From positions 1 through 64,000 of IMG/VR virus record IMGVR_UViG_3300050011_000542: DNA of 64,000 bases; one strand, written 5' to 3'. The position numbers and the translations under genes were made by a program. The notes beneath the pieces were generated by a model. It saw nothing but the letters and a program-made list of their open reading frames with translations, did no database searches and was not told the DNA's origin. Positions 49,784 through 58,600 of this stretch are shown piece after piece (position 1 is the first letter of the stretch; the number at the start of each line of letters is the position of its first letter). The stretch is from a virus.

Positions 49784-50790
49784 CGGTCACAAAGATCATC
49801 GGGCCAAATGTGGGGGCGGATTTTGCAACGCCTGCGCTGTGGTTTGCGTCTTTCCCTTCGACATTGATCGATAACGAGGTCGGCAACTTTCAAAATGCCG
49901 AGGTGGTGGCCTCGGCTTCTCAAGCGCTGACCGGCGTGACGGCGGGATCGTTTACCGTGACGATGCAGGCTGGTGCGGGAAATAGCTTCGCCGACAATGC
50001 CGGTAAACTGACTAACGCCCTGGCCTATAACGCGAGCAACGGTGCGGCGTTGCGGGTGACGGCGTCGAGCAGCAGTCCGGCACTCGACATCCAGTGTAGC
50101 AATTTCGCTCTGATCGGCATTCAAGTCGAGAAGACCGACGCCTACGGTTCCGTCATCAGCTTCGGCAATAGTTCGTTTAGCGGGCGATCGATCAATCAAG
50201 TTATCGCTCAGCACACCAATAATACGACCGTTACCGGCGATGTCTGCCTTGGAGTGAATGACGCCACCGGGCCGGTCAAGAATGTGCTGTGCCTTTCAGC
50301 CCCCAGTTCTGGCGCAGGGGTCGGCGGGATCAACAACATCAACCAGAACTGCGTTTATCAGGACATCACCATCGTCAATCTCGGGACTGGCGTGGGTCGA
50401 ATAGGCTTTCAGGCACCGTATGGCGCGCCGCTGCTGAATAACGTGGTCGTTGCTGGCTTTGCCACTGACTACAGCGGCACGGCTGGTACTTGCGCCAACA
50501 ATGCGACCGACAAGGGTACGTTTGGCGGGACGAACTACGGTACGTCGGGGCAGGTCTCGGTGCCGCTTTCGACGGCGACATGGCAGAATATCACGCCCGC
50601 GACCGCCGATCTTCGGGCCAAGTCGTCGGGTACGAAACTTCCAGCCAACGGCACGAACACCGGCACGCCCTCGACCGATATTGTCGGCACGACCCGCGCC
50701 AGCCCGACAACGATAGGGGCGTGGGAAGCAAGCGCTGGTGGTGGCGGTGGTGCCAAGCCGCATGGCTTGCTGTTGCGAGGGGCGGGCTGA
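49780..50790 (+). CDS. Beta-helix-like protein
   Basis: Asn/Gly/Thr-rich repeats; DIVGTTR...TIGAWE C-terminal motif. Confidence 0.65.
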   Translation: MTVTKIIGPNVGADFATPALWFASFPSTLIDNEVGNFQNAEVVASASQALTGVTAGSFTVTMQAGAGNSFADNAGKLTNALAYNASNGAALRVTASSSSPALDIQCSNFALIGIQVEKTDAYGSVISFGNSSFSGRSINQVIAQHTNNTTVTGDVCLGVNDATGPVKNVLCLSAPSSGAGVGGINNINQNCVYQDITIVNLGTGVGRIGFQAPYGAPLLNNVVVAGFATDYSGTAGTCANNATDKGTFGGTNYGTSGQVSVPLSTATWQNITPATADLRAKSSGTKLPANGTNTGTPSTDIVGTTRASPTTIGAWEASAGGGGGAKPHGLLLRGAG

Positions 50791-53700
50791 TGCAGCGCAT
50801 AAGCCGCCGCAGCTTGCTTGCAGGGAGTACTAGCGGCATAGCCTTGATGCGAGGGTTCGGGGGCGGCTTCATTGGCATCGGTGCCGGCACCAGCAGTAGC
50901 TGCGCGATCACGTCGGTCTTGCTCAACGGCAACTCAAGCACAGGAACGGTTTTATCAGGAAGTTCCGGGGCTACTGTGGGCACACTCACCAGCACCACGA
51001 CGGGAAGCTGCGGCGCGGATAGCTGGACAAAAAGCGGCACGGATGCCGCCTCGTTTACAATAACCGGCGCAGTGGTAACGGCAGCTTCGTCGCTCAGTCC
51101 GGGCACCTATAGCGTCAATTTCATTGATACGATTGCTGGGGCAACGGGTTCCGGGGCAACGCACGCATTTACGATTACGGCCGCGGCCTCCACAACCCTA
51201 GCCACGCTGACCGTGAACAACGTCAGCGGCAGCGCCATGCCGGCCTCGGCGTTCTGGGAGTTCGGCCAGCCCTTCGGCGACGGCGATGTGCCGACTGGCA
51301 GCATCGTTACGGCGACGCTCAACGGCACGAGCGTACCGCTTCAAGCCATCGCCAGAAGCACCCACGGCAGCGGCGCGGCTTCGTCCGGATCGCTGAAATG
51401 GGGCCTGCTCCAGGCCGATCTATCCGGCGTGGCTATTAGTGCGGGCTCAAGTCAGGCGCTTGTCCTTTCATCGACCGCGGGTTCTTGGAGTTCAACGACC
51501 GGACGCACCAATGCCGATTGGACGGGTCTGGTGGATACGGTCGAGTTGACGAACCTGACGACGACCGGAACATCATCAAGCACGATGAACAAGGCCGGGA
51601 CGTGGATCGCCGCGTTCGATAATGGCGCGAGCAATACTCTCGAAACCGTTGGCACCAGCCCGCTCGGTCTGCGGGTCAAGGTCTACGCCAATTTTGTCAA
51701 CACCGGCACGACCCACCGCTATCTGCGCGCGTATATGGAATATTGGGTGACGCAGCTTGCCGGCGGCGGTCTGGGGCCAATAGCTTCGTTCGGGCCGATG
51801 ATCGACAACACCCGGATGCTCGTCACCAGCGGCACCGATACGCCGAGCCAGTTCACCTACGATATCAATTGGAAGCGCAACGGCGCGTCGCAGCGCTCGA
51901 TCACCGGCATCCCAGGCATTGCAGGGACGCTCCTGCCGTTCTGCCGGGGGGATGGACAGTACGATTGGACGGCAAGCGAGCCGGTCGTTGTCGTCACGCG
52001 TGACATCACGGAGCTGCGCAAGACCAAGAAGGTTCCGCCCTTCATCTCAGGGCTGACGACCTATTCGTTCTCGACCGAAGGGCAGATCAGCTCTCTCGGC
52101 GCGACCATGACGATGATAAATACGGGAGTCGCCAATCCGCTGTGGGGCAGCCAGAACACGACAAACCCCGTAGCCGTGAGCTTCCGAACGACGGGCGCGT
52201 TTCCGACCGGGATAGTCTCTGGCACGACCTACTGGGCAGCGTTCCTCAGTTCGACGACGTTCTCCTTTTACGACACCCTGGCTCATGCGGTCTCGGCCGG
52301 TGCAACGGGCAAGGTGACGCCATCGGGCGGGAGCGGAACGCTCTTTGTGCGCCTCGACACAGCGCCGACCAGCCCAGGCCCGCTGTGCCAAGGTTTGGAG
52401 GCGGCGGGCAATCGGCCGGACATCAGTATTTTCACCGAATGGGCTGTGGCACCCCTTTTCGCGGCCAGCGTCTCGGTTGCCGCCGCTCAAGCTGCCCAGC
52501 GTATGGCGCGCGCCACGGCGATGGCGATGTCTGGCGTGCCGTATCACTACCTCGACAACACGACGAATAAGATCATCTCGCTCTTGCCGACCGCGCAAAC
52601 GCCCGCAGGGATGCAGGGGGCCGCCGATTACAGCGCCGCCTACTGGACGGGGAGCCTCTACAGCAGCGTAATCAATGGCGGCTCGGGGCCAACGGGAAGT
52701 CAAAACGGCTGGGATGCTAACACCACCTACGGGAACAGCAGTCACATCCCCTCGCCGATCTATCTGACGTGGCTGCTTGAGGGCAAAATCTATTTCCGGG
52801 ATTTGCTATTCAATCTCGGCAACCGGGCTATCGTTGGCGCGGGCGGAGCCTATGGTCCGCAGATGAATTATGTGGACTCAGCGGTTGGTAGTGGCACTAC
52901 CTATTATAGAAACTGGATATTGGACAGCGGCGAGTCGATCCGCGCCTGCGCATGGTCGATGCGTGATGTCGCCAATGCCGCGATGGCCGCCTCGGATGGG
53001 TCAGACGAGCGAACCTATTTCGTGCAATCGCTGCGGGATAACCTCGATCTCTACGCGGCGTTCCGCACCTACAAGAGCACCAATTACTCCAACTTGGGGA
53101 TTTTCTATTACGATACGGGCGACTGGCCGGCATCGACGCATAACCTGGCTCCTAGCGTCGTTGAAGGGTTTATGGCGGTCTATTACGTCAACGCGGCGCA
53201 GTTCGCGGCGATGCTGCACACGGACAACGCCAGCGTCGGAACTGATCTGAATACCTGCGCCAATAACTGGGCGACGTGGCTGATAAATTTCTACAATCAG
53301 TGGGGCTTTGCTAGCACCGGGTACTCGATCAACCCGCGCACAACGGCGATGGGGCAAGCAACAACCGGGGCGGCTTATGCCTCTGGCGTTGCCAATGTCG
53401 GACAGGGGCCGGGGTCGAATATCTTTTTCAGCTACTCGGGTACCACCATTACATGGAGCGGCGTCGATCCGTGGTGGACGCTGGCGGTGGGGGACAAGTT
53501 CCAGCCAACCAATTGGTTCTCCCTCGACACTGCCTCGGGTTCGACGCCGAGCTGCGCTGATCCTCCAGCATCGCTCACAATTGGGACGATCTATACGATC
53601 CTCACGGTCAATGTTGGGGCCAAGACCTTCACTCTAAATAACGGCAGCGGTTCGCCGATATCGTTCGCCACCTCGCCAAGCAATCTCGGTGGCTTCCTGC

Positions 53701-53927
53701 TCCCGAGCGGGCAGTCCTTCGCGTCTACCGGCTATATCAGCGACGCCAATGGTGCGGGTGGCGCTGACGGTTACGGCGCGCATGTAATATCTGGTCTGGG
53801 GATGGCGGCTGTCCGGGGCGTAAGTGGGGCATCTGCCGCCTTCACGAGCGCCAACAACCGCTATGTCCTGGGGACGCCGCTCGCCTATAACACCGAGGCG
53901 ATGTGGTACATGCAGAGTTCGGTTTAG
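50790..53927 (+). CDS. Large multidomain protein (Ig/cadherin-like plus glycan-lyase-like domains), Tat-like leader
   Basis: MQRISRRSLLAG; GTDAASFTITG cadherin-like segment; FGQPFGDGDVP...SLKW and RACAWSMRD helical-barrel-like motifs. Confidence 0.6.
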   Translation: MQRISRRSLLAGSTSGIALMRGFGGGFIGIGAGTSSSCAITSVLLNGNSSTGTVLSGSSGATVGTLTSTTTGSCGADSWTKSGTDAASFTITGAVVTAASSLSPGTYSVNFIDTIAGATGSGATHAFTITAAASTTLATLTVNNVSGSAMPASAFWEFGQPFGDGDVPTGSIVTATLNGTSVPLQAIARSTHGSGAASSGSLKWGLLQADLSGVAISAGSSQALVLSSTAGSWSSTTGRTNADWTGLVDTVELTNLTTTGTSSSTMNKAGTWIAAFDNGASNTLETVGTSPLGLRVKVYANFVNTGTTHRYLRAYMEYWVTQLAGGGLGPIASFGPMIDNTRMLVTSGTDTPSQFTYDINWKRNGASQRSITGIPGIAGTLLPFCRGDGQYDWTASEPVVVVTRDITELRKTKKVPPFISGLTTYSFSTEGQISSLGATMTMINTGVANPLWGSQNTTNPVAVSFRTTGAFPTGIVSGTTYWAAFLSSTTFSFYDTLAHAVSAGATGKVTPSGGSGTLFVRLDTAPTSPGPLCQGLEAAGNRPDISIFTEWAVAPLFAASVSVAAAQAAQRMARATAMAMSGVPYHYLDNTTNKIISLLPTAQTPAGMQGAADYSAAYWTGSLYSSVINGGSGPTGSQNGWDANTTYGNSSHIPSPIYLTWLLEGKIYFRDLLFNLGNRAIVGAGGAYGPQMNYVDSAVGSGTTYYRNWILDSGESIRACAWSMRDVANAAMAASDGSDERTYFVQSLRDNLDLYAAFRTYKSTNYSNLGIFYYDTGDWPASTHNLAPSVVEGFMAVYYVNAAQFAAMLHTDNASVGTDLNTCANNWATWLINFYNQWGFASTGYSINPRTTAMGQATTGAAYASGVANVGQGPGSNIFFSYSGTTITWSGVDPWWTLAVGDKFQPTNWFSLDTASGSTPSCADPPASLTIGTIYTILTVNVGAKTFTLNNGSGSPISFATSPSNLGGFLLPSGQSFASTGYISDANGAGGADGYGAHVISGLGMAAVRGVSGASAAFTSANNRYVLGTPLAYNTEAMWYMQSSV

Positions 53928-54661
53928 GGTGACGCAACGGCGATAAGTACGTCGCCCCGCTCGCCATTGGAAAGATACCCGATAAGCGATGCGAGCAGCG
54001 ACATTTTCCACCATCCCTCAGCGGAGGCCGTACCGGCGGAAGTCATCTTCTCCACGGCAAACCCGGTTTCAGTGAGCGCCTGATTGAGACAAGTGCTGGA
54101 GAGCGGAGTGATGTGGCCGCTTTCGGTATAGTCATTCGCGGCGAACCAGCGATAAACCCCGGATTGACAGAACATTGCCTTGGACAGCGGGCTTTCAATG
54201 TTGGGGGTCGAGAGGATCAGGAACCCAGTCGGTTTGAGCAATAGGCGGGTTTGGCGCAGAAAGTGCCTCGGGTTTTCCAGATGCTCGATGATCTCGCTGG
54301 CGATCACGCAATCGAAGCTGCGATTAAAACGGTGGTAAAAATCCTCGTTTAGATTGGCCTCAACGAAGTCAACCCCGTCTCGGTATTGCAGTTTGTCAGG
54401 GATGAAGTCGCAGGCCGTAACCTGATATCCGGCATCCGCAAGGCGGCGCGATAGAGCGCCGGCACCGCAAGCGAGATCGAGGACGGCACCCGCCGGCAGT
54501 TTGGTTTTGAGGATGTTCAGCAACTCGGCATGAACGCCGGGAACGCCATGTACCCGCAAGCCTGCGTATTTTTCGAGGCTGTCGCTATCGACCTGATCTT
54601 CGACCCGGTATCGACCCACGATTGTCATGCGCGCGCTCGATAGCAGATTTGCGGTTTTCAC
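53924..54661 (-). CDS. Class I SAM-dependent methyltransferase
   Basis: VLDLACGAG, FDCVIASEIIEHLENP, LKPTGFLILSTPN; true start may be ATG at 54628. Confidence 0.9.
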   Translation of the reverse strand: MKTANLLSSARMTIVGRYRVEDQVDSDSLEKYAGLRVHGVPGVHAELLNILKTKLPAGAVLDLACGAGALSRRLADAGYQVTACDFIPDKLQYRDGVDFVEANLNEDFYHRFNRSFDCVIASEIIEHLENPRHFLRQTRLLLKPTGFLILSTPNIESPLSKAMFCQSGVYRWFAANDYTESGHITPLSSTCLNQALTETGFAVEKMTSAGTASAEGWWKMSLLASLIGYLSNGERGDVLIAVASP

Positions 54662-54819
54662 TCAACCCTGAGTCTCGGCAGGTCTCCGGGACGGCTCAAA
54701 GCAACAGATAGACTACTGCAATCAATTGCAGCAACACAATCGACTTTTTCTTTACCCATAGCTGACTGGCCCATACACTCCCTTCATACCCTAATTAAAC
54801 AGGGCCATGGAGGGCTGTT

Positions 54820-55995
54820 ATGTTGCAATTGGCTGCTAAAGCCAGGCTTCCCCTGATCTTTGCCAGGTCTCAGGAGAGTTCGTCTTACCTCGGGGCCGTG
54901 CTGTCCGAGACGATCGGAGAAGAAGCGCTTAAATTTACCAAAACTCCACTCGAATCCGACCGTGTGTATTACTCCCGCACGGTTAAAGATTTTCCCAGCC
55001 GGCGAGCTTTGTTCGATTTATTCGAAGCAGCTGGGTCGTCTCTTATCACGGTCGACGCGGACGATAGCTTCCCCGGTGCTGTGGAGGTCGGGGAAGTTGC
55101 GACCCCGACAGATCTTCTGGTTAAGGCGATCGAGGAAGCCCACGGCAAGCCCGATAGCCTGCTTAGGGCCGTGAAGGGCTGCACCGTCATCGAAACCATC
55201 AACCTCTTGAAGATGACTCAGGTGCGTGAAGGCAAGCTGGACTTCGAGGGCATATCGAAAATGCGCCGAGATCTGGTGCAGCCGACCCAGGGCCTTACGG
55301 TGATCGATACCAAGGATGCGGTCTATGTCGCACCCAAGCGTATAGCCGAGTGGGAAGACCGTGAGAGGCACTTCTTCGGTAAGGTCGACCACAGGCTGGC
55401 CCCGCGCGGTCTGCTGCTCTACGGGCCTCCAGGCACCGGCAAAACCGCTGCCTCGAAGTGGCTGGCCCAGAAGTGGGGACTGCCCCTGTTCAGATTAGAC
55501 ATCGGTGGCACCAAGAACATGTTTGTTGGTAACTCGGAGAAGTTTCTGCGCGAGGCAATCTTCCGGGTCGAGCAAGCTGCGCCCTGCATCGTGCTGCTCG
55601 ACGAAATCGAGAAGATGTTCACCGGCAGCTACCAAGACTCAACCACCATGTCGATGGCCAGCTACCTACTGTGGTGGCTGTCTGAGCATCGAGCCCAGGT
55701 GCTTACCGTAATGACCTGCAACAACAAAGACGTTCTTCGCCCCGAGCTCTACCGAGAAGGCCGCCTGGACGGTCAGATTGAATTCCCGAACCTCGAGTCC
55801 ATGACGGCCGTGGTGGAGTTCGCCAAGCTGATCTTTGCCTCCTACGATATGAATACACCGCCTGATATCTTGGCCTGGGCAACTAAACTGAAGTCAGGAG
55901 CAACCGAAACCTGGTCTCATGCCAAGGTTATCGAGACGGTTAAACAGCGAGTCAAAAGCAACATGCTAAATCTCTTGACCCAGGAGGCCAATTAG
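54820..55995 (+). CDS. AAA+ ATPase (Ycf46-like)
   Basis: PRGLLLYGPPGTGKT, VGNSE, LLDEIEK, TCN...LRPELYREGRLD. Confidence 0.9.
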   Translation: MLQLAAKARLPLIFARSQESSSYLGAVLSETIGEEALKFTKTPLESDRVYYSRTVKDFPSRRALFDLFEAAGSSLITVDADDSFPGAVEVGEVATPTDLLVKAIEEAHGKPDSLLRAVKGCTVIETINLLKMTQVREGKLDFEGISKMRRDLVQPTQGLTVIDTKDAVYVAPKRIAEWEDRERHFFGKVDHRLAPRGLLLYGPPGTGKTAASKWLAQKWGLPLFRLDIGGTKNMFVGNSEKFLREAIFRVEQAAPCIVLLDEIEKMFTGSYQDSTTMSMASYLLWWLSEHRAQVLTVMTCNNKDVLRPELYREGRLDGQIEFPNLESMTAVVEFAKLIFASYDMNTPPDILAWATKLKSGATETWSHAKVIETVKQRVKSNMLNLLTQEAN

Positions 55996-56043
55996 GCAAA
56001 AGTTACTGTATCTTTATTTCCCTAATCACGGAGGAACAGGGAC

Positions 56044-56655
56044 ATGTCTGAACGACAGTTTATGAGAGGCACGACAGGTAGTAGTGATTACCTGATGATC
56101 GCCAAAAACGGCGATATCGGCCTGGGCGTTAAGCCCCTGTTCGAAAGCCATTACCTCACAATCGACGGTAAACACGGCACTGTCGGTGTGTTTGCAGTAC
56201 GCCTGCGTTCGGCGCCGCTCGATCATGCCGCAGTACCTAAGCATGTTATCGTCGAGACCTGGCCAGAAATTAAGTTTAAGGCTGTAGATTCACGGAGGGC
56301 TTCGGCAATTATTGGTGGTCCAGTCTGGGGCAAGAAACGGAGCTCGGAGCTATTAGCCGGTTTCGCTCTACAGAATGTAGACGCGGCGTTGACGGCCAAA
56401 ATTTTAGCGCTGCTGGGGGACCAGGTTGCCCTCGCCCCGGCCGATGAGATAAAAGCTTTCTTGCTTGAGAGCTTCATCGAGAAACTTGGCCCAGACCGCG
56501 CCGGTCCGCTCGATGGCACACCGTTAGATTTTGCTTCCTACCTCAATAAGACCCATCACTCAGTGTACGATATTGTTGCTCAGTACGATCATGTCGACGA
56601 CCCGTATGACGAAGAATTAATGGACGACGAGGAATTAGCCGACGAAGAAGACTAG
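56044..56655 (+). CDS. Hypothetical protein with acidic tail
   Basis: ORF with GGAGG hairpin RBS. Confidence 0.7.
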   Translation: MSERQFMRGTTGSSDYLMIAKNGDIGLGVKPLFESHYLTIDGKHGTVGVFAVRLRSAPLDHAAVPKHVIVETWPEIKFKAVDSRRASAIIGGPVWGKKRSSELLAGFALQNVDAALTAKILALLGDQVALAPADEIKAFLLESFIEKLGPDRAGPLDGTPLDFASYLNKTHHSVYDIVAQYDHVDDPYDEELMDDEELADEED

Positions 56656-56727
56656 ACCGCTCGGTTAGCACCCGGCAGGCTCGTTAGGGGCTTGCCGGGT
56701 TTTTCTGTATCGACCATGGAGGGTTCG

Positions 56728-57081
56728 GTGTATCTGGGCAAGGGGGAGCTTGTAAGAATCTCGTTCTGTCGGGGCATTACCAGGACGGTAAATGCGGGGC
56801 TGTTGCTTTTCGTAATTTCAGAAACAATTAGGCATGACAAGAAATTGCATAAGAACTTGGGCTGGAATTCTACACCGAAATGGCTTTGGGAAGCCCTGTC
56901 AGGGTTAAGCCTGTCTCAGTTTAATCGAGCTTTCAAAGAACTCAGGGATGAGCTATGTCTCATTGAGACGGATACCAAATTAATTGGTAGTGTTAGGGCG
57001 CATTACACTCGCATTACCGAAATAGGATGGCGACAACTTGAAATTAGACCTGACGTAGTTACTGCCCGCTTCCCGAAATAA
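56728..57081 (+). CDS. Winged-HTH protein, paralogue of initiator N-terminus
   Basis: W...SGLSLSQFNRAFKEL matches W...TGLSLNQYNRSLARL in the next gene. Confidence 0.6.
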   Translation: MYLGKGELVRISFCRGITRTVNAGLLLFVISETIRHDKKLHKNLGWNSTPKWLWEALSGLSLSQFNRAFKELRDELCLIETDTKLIGSVRAHYTRITEIGWRQLEIRPDVVTARFPK

Positions 57082-57105
57082 TCTCTTTAGACCATGGAGG
57101 GTCTG

Positions 57106-58044
57106 TTGAGTTCCGTGTCTATTATTACGAAATGCCGTAATTTAACCAAATCGGGTGACGCGGCAATCCTATACAACAGGGTTCAGTGGTGGTGTCAGTG
57201 GTCGCTCATTAAACGCCGGGGCGTTTTTTGGTATGCGAAAACCAGAAAAGACTGGTTAGCAGATACGGGCTTGAGCCTAAATCAGTACAACCGATCGCTG
57301 GCCCGTCTTAAAGCTCTGGGTCTCGTCGAGACTCGCCAGATGAAATATCACGGCGAGTTTATCACTCATATCCGGATATGTGAAAGTGCGGCAGAATTGC
57401 CGATAACTGCCACCGAGTCTCACATTGGAGACTCCACCGAGTCTCACATTGGAGACTCGCTTATCTATATGGGAGATAAGTCTAAGGAGATAACAGCGCC
57501 CAAGAGCGCTGAACCTCTAGCGGAGGAAATTAAGGAAGACTTTTCCGGAAAAGGGAAAGAGGAAAAAGCTAGACCCGAATTGCAATTGATTGCGGGAGGG
57601 CTCACGGAGGAGTCGATGAACGCCAAGGATTACATCCTGAAAGCTCAGGCAAAAGATAGACCCGTTCCTAAAAGCTCAGCGGAGGCGCTACGAGAGGCTT
57701 GGAGAGCCGGAGTACACCAACACCATAAGACATTCGTTCCTGCCCTCACGGGGCAGCAGATGGGGCAATTGAAGCATTTTGAGAATAGGACTCCACCGGG
57801 GCGGGCTGTGGAGATCCTTTCCTGGGCTTTGGAACACTGGGACAGGTTCCGAAATCTCACTGAGGAAGAGGCCGGGGCCTTCAATACGCCCACGGCGCCC
57901 ATGCTGGGATTTCTGCTCAAGCACGTCCAGCTGGCGATCAAGGGGGAGGCCGAGGTATCGGCCCCGGAGAATGAATACAAATCCAAGGTCAAGATTGGTG
58001 GCCCTAAGCCCAATATGGGGCTCAAGAGCGTCGCCAATGGATAA
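57106..58044 (+). CDS. Replication initiator-like protein (wHTH, internal iterons)
   Basis: N-terminal wHTH, internal direct repeats, upstream of loader and DnaB. Confidence 0.65.
   Translation: MSSVSIITKCRNLTKSGDAAILYNRVQWWCQWSLIKRRGVFWYAKTRKDWLADTGLSLNQYNRSLARLKALGLVETRQMKYHGEFITHIRICESAAELPITATESHIGDSTESHIGDSLIYMGDKSKEITAPKSAEPLAEEIKEDFSGKGKEEKARPELQLIAGGLTEESMNAKDYILKAQAKDRPVPKSSAEALREAWRAGVHQHHKTFVPALTGQQMGQLKHFENRTPPGRAVEILSWALEHWDRFRNLTEEEAGAFNTPTAPMLGFLLKHVQLAIKGEAEVSAPENEYKSKVKIGGPKPNMGLKSVANG
57410..57458. repeat. 2 x 24-bp iteron-like tandem repeat; putative origin
   Basis: CCACCGAGTCTCACATTGGAGACT twice, each containing the inverted repeat GAGTCTC-N6-GAGACTC. Confidence 0.75.
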
Positions 58045-58600
58045 GCTGCTCCCGGGCATCCTGGATGATGCGGTTCATGATCGCTTGTGGCTGGGCCGTG
58101 ACGAGTTCTGCAATGATGCCGGTATCCCGGTCGAGCATCTGCACACCAGCATGGTTGGAGTTTGCTCCGAAGCTGAATTGGCCTATTTCCTGCGCGGTTC
58201 GAAGACACTGATAACCGAAGATCACTGCTGGGGCCTCTACTACACTGGCACTGGCTATAAGCCTCCTGTAGCCCTGCGCATGTCATATCTAGCCGGCGGC
58301 TATCTCAGAAACTTTATCCGGGCCAGGGTGATTGTGCTTAACGACCTGATGGCCCAGATCGAGGCCAACAACCCGCCTGATATCTCGGTGGTGCTGATCC
58401 CCGATTTTTACACTGGCAAAACCGACAAGAAGGCCATGCCAGCCTGGAAAGTGAGGCAGCTGTATAGCTGGCTGCTCCAGAGATGGCAGAGGTCACAGCA
58501 CACGATTATCGCGGTTTCGAACCTCAAGGATTTGTCTTCGGAATGGGGGCCGCACGTTGGCGAGCATATTTCTGAGTTCTTCGCGGAGGTGACGCCGTGA
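58037..58600 (+). CDS. Degenerate DnaC/IstB-like helicase loader
   Basis: AGIP, GLYYTG, VVLIPDF, LLQRW...TIIAVSN layout; position between initiator and DnaB. Confidence 0.55.
   Translation: MDKLLPGILDDAVHDRLWLGRDEFCNDAGIPVEHLHTSMVGVCSEAELAYFLRGSKTLITEDHCWGLYYTGTGYKPPVALRMSYLAGGYLRNFIRARVIVLNDLMAQIEANNPPDISVVLIPDFYTGKTDKKAMPAWKVRQLYSWLLQRWQRSQHTIIAVSNLKDLSSEWGPHVGEHISEFFAEVTP

Noticed and set aside
56291-56301. Intragenic CACGGAGG matches (also near 58969)
   Set aside because: No convincing stem or nearby in-frame start; not counted as regulatory hairpins
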